This document shows, one piece after another, positions 1 to 12,299 of a DNA stretch of 50,674 nucleotides; position 1 is the stretch's first letter; each line of letters opens with the position of its first letter. Under the pieces are notes generated by a model. The model was not told the origin of the DNA. It did no database searches and saw nothing but the letters and a program-made list of their open reading frames with translations. The DNA is from Catajapyx aquilonaris (Eukaryota), in the NCBI GenBank assembly GCA_000934665.2, contig JYFJ02002798.1, forward strand, positions 1 through 50,674. Direction: 5' to 3'. The translations under genes were made by a program, and so were the position numbers.

Positions 1-92
1 CAGAAGTGTCCAAAGGACAAGTGTACCGAGTTTCATACTTTTGTCACAAAATGCAAAGTTTGGGTCAAATTTGTCCCTTAGCACCTGGACTA
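1..92. mobile_element. Terminus of a TAG-ended DNA transposon (Academ-like), truncated by the window edge
   Basis: Ends ...agtttcatacttttgtcacaaaatgcaaag...cttagcacctggacta, i.e. TAGTCCAGG on the minus strand. This resembles invertebrate Academ-type ends from recall only. Confidence 0.35.
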
Positions 93-1119
93 TTATGACA
101 ACTTAACAATTTATTGCCCAATTTATCGAAAAATCATTGCTTCTATGCAGTAAAAGTGCCCATCGTGTCGTTGCGACATCGGGTGTAAAGGTCGCAATGA
201 TCAAGTGACATTCCCTCCACCCACCCTCTCACAATTGAATGCGAAAATCTCTCTCCCCCTCTCGTGTTGTCATCCATTGAAGCGGCCATTCCCTTCCATT
301 TTGCGGTTTTCTCCCCAATTTGAACGCTCATTGTTGTCTCCTTCCAAAAGGGGGGAGGGCTTCTGGCAGCTGGACGACACGGGACGCCTGCCCTGCAACC
401 TTTTATACAGTAAAATGCAATGCTTGGTCATTATCCAAACACAATCACATAACTGGGTTTACGATGCTCCCATGCCTAATCATATTTAACACATTAGCGC
501 CGCTTGCAACTTAGGGGACGACGAAGGTATATAGGGAAACCAGCTATATAGAGGAATGTCGGCGACAAGAGATGACCGTGGTCACCTTTTGATGTCGCGG
601 TTCGTTGTAAATCTCGTCGACCTTGCCCTCAGGAAGAACCGGTAGGTTTGTAGGGGGCCCCCACATTAACCGCGTGTAATGAGCTGGGATTGTCCAATCC
701 TCATTCTTCTGGTCGCTTGGTTGGAGCAGTATATAAGGTGGTGTTAGTCGGAAAAAGGAGACTTGAATAGGATCCAATTTGGAAAGAAGGCCTTGCCGGG
801 TCTTGCAAGGATGACCTATGACTTGCCGAGGGTTTTTTTTGGCTGCGGATAAATGGTCCTAAGGAGAGGGGAGCAGGACCGATGAAAGGTGCAAAGATGG
901 CCATCAGCAACCCCCTCCACATCCTTTGCTTGCTTTGCTGCGGGGATATAATATGAAATTGGACTCTTGTACACAGTAGATGACCGGCTGATGTAATCTG
1001 AACTATGGCACGGGCTTGGATTTTAATCTGACGGTCAAAGTGAGGCCGCCCCATTCACATACACAGCAGCCGGGTGTGTGTTAGATCCATATCTATGAGC
1101 CGCCACAGTTTTGCAATTT

Positions 1120-1462
1120 ATTTGTTATTATACAAAAAAAGTTGTCCACAGAATGCTTTGGAAGCATTTAATATTGTCATGATCAGGAAACACGGGCAAA
1201 CAAGCAAGCAAACAAACTTTGCCTTTTATAATAATAGAGACTAGCAGCAGAGCATGTTCTTCTCACGGCCCCTTTCCATATAGAAAAACTTGGCTATATG
1301 AAATGGGTATGAAAAAATGCGAATAAAGAAGTCAGTACGAAATTATATAAAATGGCTGGGGTATACCAACCCCTCCCTCTCTATACCTCCCCCCACTACA
1401 TGGACAAACAAACAAACAAACAAAGGAACGAACGAACGGACTGCCTTTTTAAATAAGAGAGA
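1120..1462 (-). mobile_element. Two head-to-tail non-autonomous Helitron-like elements (1241-1462 complete; ~1120-1240 is the 5' part of the next)
   Basis: Minus strand: A|TCTCTCTTATTTAAAAAGGCAG, (GTTT)n, then GGCCGTGAGAAGAACATGC...CTGCTGCTAG, followed at once by TCTCTATTATTATAAAAGGCAAAGTTTGTTTG. The 3' end is homologous to 8916-8954. Confidence 0.65.
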
Positions 1463-2122
1463 TATTAATTTGTTTATTGAAATGAATTGTTGTAATTTTC
1501 ATGCCTGTTAGACGAGCAATCCGCCATTTCATGTCGCTCTTCCGCCATTTTGTGCTGACGACGCTTCGTTGTTGACAATGGGATGAGGCCCACGTGTCAT
1601 CCACAAAGCCATGAGCCAACAGCCATTGAGGAAGCCGTGAAGGGGGGCCTGATGAGTGATTTTCATTTTTGCCACTCCACTTCCCTCTCACTCCCCTTCA
1701 CACTTTTACTGCCCGATAATACTCTAAAGAGGGGAGAAGCGGCCACCATTTTTGTCGTCTAAAAAAGATGCGCATATGGACACTTTTTTTTTTGCTTCCA
1801 AATTGTCCTGGCTGTATCGGAGTCGGCTTGTTAAGCACTTGACTTATGAAGGCTTCTTTGGGGTACGTCTGATAGGAAACCCATTCCCCCACATCGATAT
1901 CGTCGAGTGTCATCTCCACTCTTCTCCTTTGCACCTCCATTTATCAGCCTCCTGCTTCAAAGCGTGCCCTGACATCCAATGATTTAATAGAGTTGATAAA
2001 TCCGGGTTTAAAATATATGCCACAAGGTGTCCCACATCCTGCCACATAATTACAGGGTGCCCCATGTTCTTGTGAGAATTTTAAGAGAGAACAATAATTC
2101 GCAAGTGATTGTTGCGTCTTAT

Positions 2123-2245
2123 CCTCCTGAGACCCCTGGTACAGTATACTGTACCTTTGTTTTTGTTTTTTTACGCGTTTGAGTTAGTCAGAAGGTGCTG
2201 GAAAAAAACAAAGGTACAGTATACTGTACCAGGGGTCTCAGGGGG
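2123..2245. mobile_element. piggyBac-like MITE, copy 1 (TTAT target duplication)
   Basis: TIR CCTCCTGAGACCCCTGGTACAGTATACTGTACCTTTGTTTTT and its complement. TTAT on both sides (2119-2122, 2246-2249). Inverted copy at 7880-7999. Confidence 0.85.
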
Positions 2246-2590
2246 TTATGTCTAAATAGGTTTAACAGCGAGATGTTGTACTGTACCATATATGCGAGCA
2301 ATTATTAGCGTGAATCTAATGGACTTGGGTAGTGCACCACCTTGTGCTTTAGCAAAACGGCCATGTTCCTCATTAGTGTTGGACAGGTCAAGACACACTG
2401 TTTCCCACCACACAGTTTTGAGATAACTGCCTTAATTACTGATGGGCGTGCTGCACTGAATTTAAAGTCTGGAAAAAAATTTATGCGTCGCTTCATGTGT
2501 ACGGTTGGTGGGGAGTGATGCTTTGAACACTAAATGAAAAGCAACAGGGTGATTCACTGATGAAGTAACCGGAACAAGAGACGGAAATAA

Positions 2591-2706
2591 TATTGGGTCG
2601 AATTTTCGTCCCACTGCTAGTTACTGCTAACTTAGCAGTACCCAGTGTTGGCAATGGTACTGCTAAGTTAGGAGTAACTAGCAGTGGGACAAAATTTTAA
2701 CCAATT
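2591..2706. mobile_element. ~115-bp palindromic MITE, minimal member of the family at 15989-17262
   Basis: TTGGGTCGAATTTTCGTCCCACTGCTAGTTACTGCTAACTTAGCAGTACC ... GGTACTGCTAAGTTAGGAGTAACTAGCAGTGGGACAAAATT. Confidence 0.8.
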
Positions 2707-2718
2707 ATTGTTAACCCA

Positions 2719-2870
2719 TGCAATTACCAATTAACACGCCGATTGCACGTTGTTGCCCCTAAAGTGCAATTTGTTATTTTCTCTCTATCCCTCATAACTG
2801 ACACAAGAGGCGGAAATGCTGTAATTGACACCTGCAATTAGCAATTAACGTGCCGATTGCACGTTGTTGC
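2719..2870. repeat. ~38-bp imperfect direct repeat, two copies
   Basis: tgcaattaccaattaacacgccgattgcacgttgttgc (2719) and tgcaattagcaattaacgtgccgattgcacgttgttgc (2833). Confidence 0.75.
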
Positions 2871-4322
2871 TTGTAGTTAACAGTCAAGTTTAAAATGTTA
2901 ACTAGAGGCAACAATAGATTTTTCTTCTTCTATATACTATCGGGTATAGTACACCACCCTGTAATTCCCCCTTCCACATGCTCGTACCTCAATAATACCC
3001 CACCCCTCTTTTTCCACCCCCGACTGGTCCATTCAGCATCCAGTGGACCCGAATGACAAAGGGAAAGCAGGGGCTGCCAGTAAGACAAGGGAATAGAATG
3101 CCTGACATTGATGAAATGCACCCCCCCTCTGTATATACCCTCCCTCCATTGGACCCTTTTCCTCGAGAGGTTTGGAAACCAGGGGTCTCCCTCTGGTCCT
3201 GTTAATTGCATGACACGCGGCATTAACTTTTTATTCATGGTCTCTTACTGGACCTGCGACAAATTGTTGGAAGGACCCAGGCCTCTAGTTTGTGGGGGGA
3301 ACAAAAGTCGAGACTTCTTAACACGAGCTTGTCAATCTAATGCTGAAACAGTGTCAATCAGGTTGCTGTTTGTGTGGACGGAGGACCTCACACAGACTGC
3401 TCCGGTTTGGGGAAAACAGTGTTAATGGCCAATCAATGTTGTTGAATCTGTCGGGTTAAATTGAACGGTTTTTAAGTCGGCAATTTATCTTATATTGGCC
3501 TATACTGTATACGAAGCCTAACTATGATTTTTGTGAGATCCTCATGACTGTTCGCCTTTTATACCAATGGAGATATTTTATTTGATATCTTGTAATATTG
3601 TATAAACATTGGTGTGTGAATGAGGCCATATCGAGGGATAAAATTACGGTTATGCCTGTGGGCACCATTTGACAGCAAGTTTGATCCGAAGGGTTCGACG
3701 GTACCGTCGTCGGTTCACTTGGAGTGTATAGAAAGAAGCGGTGTTCACAGGGGGGCTGGAGAGGTCGGCCCTGTAAAAGAGAGTGATTTGTGTGAGACTT
3801 TGAGCAGTTTTAGGGGGTGACAATTGAGGGCATCAAGAGAAAGAAGGAGGGTTTGTGCCTGGAATCCGGCCCCACTTTGCTTCCCGGACAGATCCGATTG
3901 TGACTTAACCCGGGTGCGGGTCACACCTCCGGGTTCTCTCCGATCCAAAAAAAGAAAAAAGAAAANGAGAAGGAAACGTAAAGAGGGGGGGGGTGTTCAC
4001 ATACACTTGAAGCGTCAATCAAGGGTGCAAGCATGTAAGAAGGCCCCAGGGCGCTAACAGCAGAGAATCCAACAGTCCAAAGTGGCCACCCCTCTTTTTG
4101 GAAGCCAATCGACAATCTTTTTGTCCAGACTCACCCCTCCGAATAAGCCAGTTACCTTACACGTCACCATCTAAAAAGATGCCCAAATATTAGCAGCCAT
4201 TTGCATCCGTTATAGGCCTATACACTTTAGTTCAGGATGACCCAACAATAAGCAAAAAATTCTGCTTAACTAGCAATTTTTACAATGCCAGAAAATTCTG
4301 GGTGTTATTAACTAATTGTAGC

Positions 4323-4400
4323 TCTATCTACAGGATATAAGGCAAAGTTTGTTTGCTTGTCCAGGTTTGGTTACCATTGCCATGTGGTGGCTTATTTGGT
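4323..4400 (+). mobile_element. Helitron-like 5' end fragment
   Basis: TCTATCTACAGGATATAAGGCAAAGTTTGTTTGCTTGTCCAGG matches the 5' end at 1240 (minus) and the copy at 5270-5675. Confidence 0.5.
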
Positions 4401-5355
4401 GAACAATTCACACCTTTTCCTTTCCAGCAGCATTAATATTGTTGGACTTGGGCAGATGAGCCAGTGATAGAAGCAGAGTGTGGCGTGAGAGGGACGCATA
4501 GTTTATTGTCGAGATGGGATTGATACCCGGACATGGAGTGACAGCCAGGACAGACACTTACCCGCTGATTAGTCAGGGATAGAGAGTTAGAAGGGGGGGG
4601 GGCTAGAGGCGGAGAGGTCCTCTAATGATCCAGGGTCACGCCAAAAATAAAACTAACCTGTGGGACTGACTCACGGTAATTAATCAAAGATGAACCCACG
4701 GCACACACACACACCATGTGAGCAGTTAGAGTCATGATGAGGTTGCTTGTGCTCTATATACCTCCCCTCTGCACTAGTCTCAACAAATTTTAATATGAAT
4801 GCAAGCAGTACCCCCCCATCCCCCAACTCTCTGTGTATATGCTGCCCCCTCTGTCTGAATCAAAAGCTGAGCGCCCCTCGTATGCAGTTGTACGAAATGT
4901 CCCCGGTCTAATGAGCTTAGCAACGGCGACGGAGCGTGATGCCCGACTCAAAGGGGTCATTTTGGGATGGTTTTCATGGACCTTCCCCAGCCACCAGCAG
5001 ACACACACATATATAATATATAGACAGAGAGAGAACTGTTGGGGCGGCTGGGTTTCGAACCCAAAAAATTTTTCCCCCCGAGAAAACTTTGGGGACCGTT
5101 TTGCCTCGAAAAACCTGATTTTCAGGTAAACCTGGAACTGCGATCAGTGAACCGGACGATTATTTCTGCGCAAAGAAGCGAGCGGATAATCTTGCCTGAC
5201 GTGAGAAAAGTTTGGCCAGACTAGGGTAAAACTGGGTGTTGGAACAAAGCCACATCGTTTTTTGTCACATAATTATAGACAAGTTGTTTGGAACTAGTTG
5301 CCCTGAATACGTTGGAAGCATTTAATTGTCGCCATGGCAGCCAAATCTGGACAAA

Positions 5356-5649
5356 CACTCTCTAAAAAAAATAGAGTTAAAAAAACTCAAGTTGGGTTCT
5401 TTTTAACTCTTTTAACCTTGAAAGTGGTCATTACCAAAAATGAGTTATAATAACTCTTTCGCTGGAGTTAAAACAACTCTTTCAGTTCATTTCATCCTCC
5501 GAAAGAGTTATTCATTAACTCTTTCGGAGTTAGAAATGAACTAAAAGAGTTGTTTGAACTCCAGCAAGGAGTTATTATAACTCATTTTTGGTAATGACCA
5601 CTTTCAAGGTTTAAAAGAGTTAATTTAACTCTTATTTTTTTAGAGAGCA
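5356..5649. mobile_element. ~295-bp foldback MITE with CACTCTCTAAAAAAAA ends, nested in a minus-strand Helitron-like copy (~5270-5675)
   Basis: Almost fully palindromic (AACCTTGAAAGTGGTCATTACCAAAAATGAGTTATAATAACTC and its complement). The flanks rejoin as ...ctggacaaa|cacaagcaagcaaac, homologous to 1160-1215. Confidence 0.85.
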
Positions 5650-6654
5650 CACAAGCAAGCAAACCGAGATATAGCTAATAAGTGAAGTTCACTGTTTCAT
5701 TGAATTTATTATTATTTAGTTATTATTATTATTATTATTTATTATTATTATATAATTTAATACAATGGCGTATAAAAGATGCTAAATTTTTACCATCTAT
5801 ATGATTTTAAAATCCTTCGTTGTATGATCGAGGCTTCTGATTGGTCCCCGTTCTGCTCCTGCGCAATGGGGGTGAGACAGCGCCTCTGGTGGGTGGGAGG
5901 ATGCAACTATTCATTCGTTCGTTTGTATATGCATTGAAATTGCAATTTAATGCCGAATTAAGCTGTGCAACTTGAAGGGAGCCGAATCGGCAGTAATGCC
6001 AATAATCCCTTCTAATTAAGCGGTTTAAAAATGTGTGAAAATACGGTTTGAATCCCGGGGATTTGGGAGGGAGAGAGTGTCGCATGTGGCTTAATCGGAT
6101 GTTTAGCCAACAATGGGAGCCAAGGGAAAGGATTGCCCCTTCTGGTCCAGTTAAAAAAAAAAGTAACGAAGGGAGTTAAATTCGCAGACTTTCCGCCGAT
6201 TTTCCGGTGAGTTGGTCTCATTGAAAAGGGCCCTCGGATTTGGGCATAACCGGTACACCTCTAGATTGGTCTCGTTAGACCAAAACCCCCTTGTAATCGG
6301 TTAATCCAATCAACAGCTCGACGCCTTTCACACCATCCTCTTGGAGACACTCCTCACACCTGGTCCTCTGCTGGATGGGGACACATCAGGTCAACATGTT
6401 TATAACCCAAGAGTCCCCTGCCCTGCATGTCATCTGTCTAAATGAAACACCCCTTTTCTGGACCAAAATGGGGACTGTCGCCAGGTTAGATAAATGAACC
6501 AGATGGTGTTAGACTCATAGTTTCATCCAGAAGGTGATTGGCACCATTCACCTTTAACGTCCTGTCAACTACTAGTGGTTGATTATTATGAACCTCATTT
6601 CTCTATATATATAGCAGTGGTTTTCATCCACTCGCAACACATTTGCAACAATAT

Positions 6655-6792
6655 TTCTACTAATATGCTTATTCTCTCCATCCGTTTGTCCGACCTGTCG
6701 CTATCTCTCGCACTACCTGAATGAGGCAGGAGTGTGCAGAGGGAGTATGCGCCATCTGTGCGTGAAGAATAGTTCTACGTGGTAAATCGGCG
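6655..6792 (-). mobile_element. Diverged partial copy of the intronic MITE at 47699-47910
   Basis: Aligns by eye to the reverse complement of 47760-47910 (ctctccatc..gtttgtccgacctg..gtgcagagg..catct..gtgaagaatagt). Confidence 0.7.
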
Positions 6793-7879
6793 GGACATCT
6801 CATTAAAGTTGTTTGAATGTCATTGATCATAGGTTTTGCCAAATTTGTGGCGCCTTATTCCATCAGCCAGCAAGAAAATGAATAGTTTCTCCTCCCATTG
6901 CGCAGAATGGGAGCCAATCGGAAGTGTACCACCAACAACGAAGGATTTTACTATTGTAGATAAGGTCGAGAAAAAAATTTGACCACGTGTTTGGGCTAAT
7001 CAACCGAATAAGACTGAATTGGCCGAATCCTTTTTTTCCTGCTAAAGGTGTCAGAAAAATAAGGGGGGGGAAACGCCAATTTTTTGGAAACCCAGCTGTC
7101 AATCCTAAATACTATGGAAAAAGGTCACCCCCCTATTTAAAAAAAAAAATGCTGTAGGCGCGAGCTCCCTGTTTGACCCACCCCAAATCTCATGAATTTT
7201 AACTTTTTGTGAAGATCCCTGTGACTGTAAGCTCAACCGTCGAGCCGATATAAAAAAATGCCCAACACTAGACCAAAAAAATAGGGTGAGCTAGAAAGAA
7301 CCTAATGCATTTTCAATCAGGAACTTTTTTTTTTGTATGGTTGGGGGAAAAGGCGGCAGCAAATCTTGCTGAAAAGGGACCCTAAAGCTTCTAGTCTTTT
7401 TTTTTTCCTAAAGGGGAGAGACTTACGAGGGGTTCTCGCCAAAAAATGTCTGATAATACCCTTATAGGTCGTTTTTTTTGAAGGGGGATGTCGGCGAGGG
7501 GCTTCATAGCGCTAATTTTCGGGGCCAACACCTTCCATTTGCGAAAAGGACGTAAGATTAGCCGCCTGGGAGAGAGAAACCGCCAGCTAATATAGAAAAG
7601 GGCCAAGCCCCTTTATTAGGCTGACAATAGATTGACAGAGCTATTTGATCTAGTACTTAACCGTGATGTAGTAAACAACAAAGCATGCATTGCTGTTACG
7701 TACCCATTTAAGTAGGAAAATCAAAAGTTCATTTAAAAAAATTTGGTGTAAGTATTACTTGTTCTCAATTTAAATATTTCTGAATTTTTAATTCGTCCAG
7801 TCTTTATGATGTATTTTTTTCGCTGAATTTTTATGCATTGTTAGGTAGACATGTCTTACTGTATATTGTTCTCAATTAA

Positions 7880-7999
7880 CCTCCTGAGACCCCTTGTACA
7901 GTATACTGTACCTTTGTTTTTTCCAGAACCTTCTGACTAACTCAAACGCGTAAAAATAACAACAAAGGTACAGTATACTGTACTCCGGGTCTCAGGAGG
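7880..7999. mobile_element. piggyBac-like MITE, copy 2 (TTAA target duplication)
   Basis: TTAA|CCTCCTGAGACCC ... GGGTCTCAGGAGG|TTAA. The interior is the reverse complement of copy 1. Confidence 0.9.
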
Positions 8000-8549
8000 T
8001 TAAATTAAATTTTCTGAATTTTTTATTCGTTGAATTTTTATGTTATCAATTTTAATTCTTATGGAGTCTTCTAATTCGTCGAAATTTTATGCAATTATCC
8101 ATTTTATGAGCATTATCGTGGGGCTTATTCGGCGGTTCTGAAATCCTCAAAAGTAGGCCTAATATTCCGTATTCATGTGGCGTAATCTACTTACACGATC
8201 CGATCTCAGCTTTGGGTTGATAATGGCTGGCTTAGTCATACTGAAAACAGTGCAAATTTTTTTTTTCGAAACTTTTTTTTTTAAAATAGGAAGGGACGAA
8301 AGGGGAGGATATGTATCGGTCCATGTTGCTTCTCCAGTTTCGATCTGCAACTTTGTGATGGTGATGAGCAACACAGGAGCTGGTTGGGAGGGGAAGAGAA
8401 GGGGTCAAAAAAGTGCTAATACCACTCCCCTCTTTTGGTTGCTGCAGGCTATGGAGTTCTATAGGCGAATTAACATGAGGATTTTGGCTAATGGTCATGT
8501 GCTTGGGGGGGGGGGATGGATCGGAGGGGGAGATGGGCAGGTGTGCTGT

Positions 8550-8551
<2 letters not shown>

Positions 8552-8583
<32 letters not shown>
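8552..8583. repeat. (AG)n microsatellite
   Basis: Perfect AG run. Confidence 0.95.
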
Positions 8584-8585
<2 letters not shown>

Positions 8586-8805
8586 CATAACTGTCGGCGA
8601 TATTTTGAATGGGATGCTTCTTTTCATTGGACATGATGTATTGCAGGGTTGGACTTCTGGTGATTCAGACAAACTGATGGTTGCCAACCAAAATAGGAGC
8701 TGAAATTGTCCGTTTCAGAATTTTTAGGGGCAGAAAATGAACGGAAATCAACATTATTTTTGTCGAGCGCTATATTCATCCACAATTTAAGTAAACTTGA
8801 CTCAA

Positions 8806-8954
8806 TCCTATATCTTACATATTATATACAAAAAAAATTGTTTGTTTGTTTGTTTGTTTGTTTGTTTGTTCATGGCAACAGGTCACATGGCATGATTGTT
8901 GTTGATTACATTACCATGGACACAGGCCGTGCAAAGAACGGGCTCCGCTGCTAG
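8806..8954 (+). mobile_element. Complete ~150-bp non-autonomous Helitron-like element
   Basis: A|TC start, AT-rich leader, (TTTG)n, subterminal hairpin CCGT-gcaaaga-ACGG, CTAG|T end. Confidence 0.75.
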
Positions 8955-9236
8955 TCTCAATAAACGTGAAAGTTTGTAGGCCTATACATACAGTCTCTAT
9001 TGTCCGGGCTACCTAACCCACTTCCACACCTCTGAGGGTGCTGCAATTTGACACACTGATGTCATATATGACACTGATTGGGTGAAAAGTTCAAAAACTG
9101 CACTTTTTTGAGTTTAAATCCCAAAATTTAGAATGTTTTGTTACGTAAATGAAGTTTGATGTTTCAGTATTGTCAATCCACTACAGATGGCTCTTCTGTA
9201 GAAGTTTCCCGTGAGAAGAACTGGGTCCACTGCTAG
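8955..9236 (+). mobile_element. Second Helitron-like element abutting the first
   Basis: Starts TCTCAATAAACGTGAAAGTTTGT immediately after the CTAG and is homologous to 41075-41210. Ends CCCGTGAGAAGAACTGGG..TGCTAG|T. Confidence 0.7.
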
Positions 9237-10214
9237 TTATACATATACTAATAGGCTTCCGTCATGTCGTGCCAATATTGAATTTTTGTAAGGATAAGCT
9301 GCGCTGATTTCCTTCCCTACTTCTTTTAGGGGTGTTGCACAAAACTTACGCCCGTTCATAATTAATTGAGTCCATATTAATAATCTTTAATGGCCATAAG
9401 TAACCACAATCCCTGCTTATCGGTCTGTATAATTAAGTAAGGATGGCTCACATAACGGAGTATTTTCACCTGGCCGAAGGGTATAGGCAGATATTACAGA
9501 CCTATACACCGGTATGGTCAGGTATGAATAATAAGGACGGCAGCTTGATGAAGAGGCCTGAGGAGTAAACCGCAAAAAGGGGGTGCTCCTCCATCATTTT
9601 TGTGTGAAAAGGATACAGTAGCCGCGTCCTATTATCCTCCAAGACCAAAACCCCTTTTCAAGTCTGCGGTTGACAAAAGTCCATATCTCTAAAGAAAGAG
9701 GCAAAGAAAGAAAAAAAAGGCCAGGAATGAAGTGGAGGGTTACAAAAAGAGTAGACGAAGGCCAGGAGGCCCCCCCCCCCTTCTCAGTTCCCTTTTCTGC
9801 GGAGATGGATGGACGATAGCTATGTATCGGACAGTGGCCAAAGGCATGCTGAGGGGGAGATGAAAAAAGGTCTATTCACGCCCTAAAACATGGCAGTAAA
9901 CAAAGAGACTCAATAGAGTGAGGGAAAAATTCCAGCCCTTTGGAAAAAAAAGAGAGACGAAACATGAAAAATCAAGCTGGGGATATGCACGTAAAAAAAA
10001 CGGATAATGTAACGTTTCATATCTTGAATACGACCTGTCAACACTCGTTTTGATTGGTCTAGAGCAGTCGACCGTTTTTCCCTTACTTGAAAAAAAAAAA
10101 ATTAGCCCACAAGTAGCAAATGGTCTTCGGACGAAATTTTTGGAGCGAGATTTTTAGGACAACAAGTGGGCTGAGCAGAAACCGTAATAAGTTCGCGAAT
10201 AACTGACCATCAAT

Positions 10215-10463
10215 TGGATGGTGTTATGCAATAATGAGTCAACCCACATGATAACAGTTTTGAGAAAAAGGGCTTTGAGTGTCACACCTGTATGAAATAA
10301 ATTCAGTGTCCTTTTCGGTCAATTATGGCAGAATTATGCAGATTTCGCCAGCTTGATTTTAACTGAATTAAATACGATCCTTTGAGCACATGTTCCTGGG
10401 ATTATTAATAACACAATTTTGACATTTTTTGTGGGTTGACACATTATTTCATAACACCGTCTA
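10215..10463. mobile_element. ~250-bp MITE with 34-bp TIRs
   Basis: TGGATGGTGTTATGCAATAATGAGTCAACCCACA (10215-10248) versus the reverse complement of 10430-10463, TAGACGGTGTTATGAAATAATGTGTCAACCCACA (4 mismatches). Confidence 0.75.
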
Positions 10464-10507
10464 TAATTAGCTTCATCACATATTGGCTTTTCCTCACCGG
10501 TTATTTG

Positions 10508-10562
10508 ACCTAACCTAACCTAACCTAACCTAACCCAACCTAACCTAACCCAACCTAACCTA
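10508..10562 (-). repeat. Interstitial (TTAGG)n arthropod telomere-type repeat
   Basis: ~11 AACCT units, two of them AACCC variants. Confidence 0.9.
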
Positions 10563-12121
10563 GCGGTTTATTGAAGGTTTAGGCAAATTCTTTGACAATT
10601 TCCCCTCACTTTTACCATGAAAAGCATGGTAGCCACTTTAAATTTGCCATCTAAGACTGCACCTTTTGACAGCCAAACTTTATAACTTCCGCAACAGTTT
10701 TTCTCCTTGACCCCCCCCCCCCACCCCCAAAAATGCGTTCCATCATCGTTTCAGGGGGGCCAAAAAAAGGTCTTGGAAAACTATACACACTGTTCCCTTC
10801 TCTTTCCCCAGCAGTTTCTGGTGAAAAAGGACCGACCTTTCTAACACGCGCGACTTGAAAAGACCATCGGCCTCTTGCTCTTTATGCTCTTTAACTATAG
10901 CATCAAGGCACACTTTTTTTTTCTTGCAGGAGGCGAGTGAGTTATCAGGTTACCAAGATGATGCTTTTGCCTCTGGACAAAAGATAGACGCTGGATTGGG
11001 TCTTCTTCGTCGGGGTCTGCTGGTCCAGTCAAAAGGAGGCGCCCAGAAAGGTGCTGCTGATGGAAACATGACCCAAGGAAAGTGCGCAGATACTGCCAGA
11101 CCTTCTTACTCGTAAGGACCATTTTGTTCGTATGTATTGTCTTCAACAGTTCATCCATGGTATTCGGACGAAATTTTTGAGCGAATTTTTTTTTCCGGAC
11201 GAAAATGACTTGAGCGAATAAGTTGGATAATAACTGACTTGGTGGCTTTACCATTGGCAGATGCATTGAATTTGTTGAATTGGCGCACTTTGTATGGTAT
11301 ATTCTGATGGTTGTAAGGCGCAATGGCAGTGATTACAGGGCTTGGCTTATTGCTCTGAAAGGGCTCTCTTCTCCTGAGGGGTAGTTTTTGTGGGGGAGAT
11401 CTATATAGCCCGAAAGGGATGCTTGCTTGATGGGACGGAAGGGGCCAAATTCATGGGACTGAAAAGGAGGAGGTTGGGTCCAGGACTCAGACCAGGCTTA
11501 GTGTTAGGAAACCCCCTCATCTCCCCTGCCATGCTGGCGATCGAGTAACAGGGGATTTATATATTGTCGGGTCCCCAAACGGTTTCGGCCCAATCAAAAG
11601 ACACGGTTGGATTAGTGGGCACGATCCGACCGGACTATTATTATTCATTTGCTCACCGCACTCATGCAGCTGTACATTATCAGAAGGGTGCTGCACCTGA
11701 ATATATTGTCGTGTTAGTAGTTATCAGAATTCCGGCACTAAGCTGATTTTAAACGCCGCCGTACAAAATGGTTGTGCTAATATTTGACAAAGAAATGACT
11801 AATCAAAATGAACATACAGTATCACACAGTATAATACAATAATTGACTATTTGATAACTCCAGAGCTTGGGGGGGTACATCATACATCCATACATACTCT
11901 AATGGACGGACCTTGCCTGGCAGGGCCACCTATTCGGACGGGCTCTCTGGAATGTCCTCCACCCCGATGCCCGCGCCACTTCGTCCTGTAGTAAAGATCA
12001 GCCGAATTGGCTCTGTGTCTCAGTTTGTCCGGGGTGATGAGTACATACACACACACGTACGGACTTGCGCTCAATAAGCTACTGGGACGTTGAAAACTCA
12101 ACTTTTCGAAGCTAGTGTAAA

Positions 12122-12175
12122 CTAACCTAACCTAACCTAACCTAACCTATACCCTAACCTACCCTAACTAACCTA
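12122..12175 (-). repeat. Interstitial degenerate (TTAGG)n repeat
   Basis: ctaacctaacctaacctaacctaacctataccctaacctaccctaactaaccta. Confidence 0.85.
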
Positions 12176-12299
12176 GGCTGAGAGAAATGGACTTTTGTGA
12201 AACCGTGCAAATCGAAATTGTGGGGACATGTCCCCACTATAACGGTAACTCAGTTACTAATAACGTTCTGGTGTGTGAAGGTGTGGGGACCCAAAATCG

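Noticed and set aside
5040..5065. tRNA/SINE B-box-like GGGTTTCGAACCC
   Set aside because: No A box or cloverleaf can be built around it.
6960..7620. Possible DNA transposon remnant
   Set aside because: It has repeat-like texture, but no TIR pair, TSD or second copy was found.
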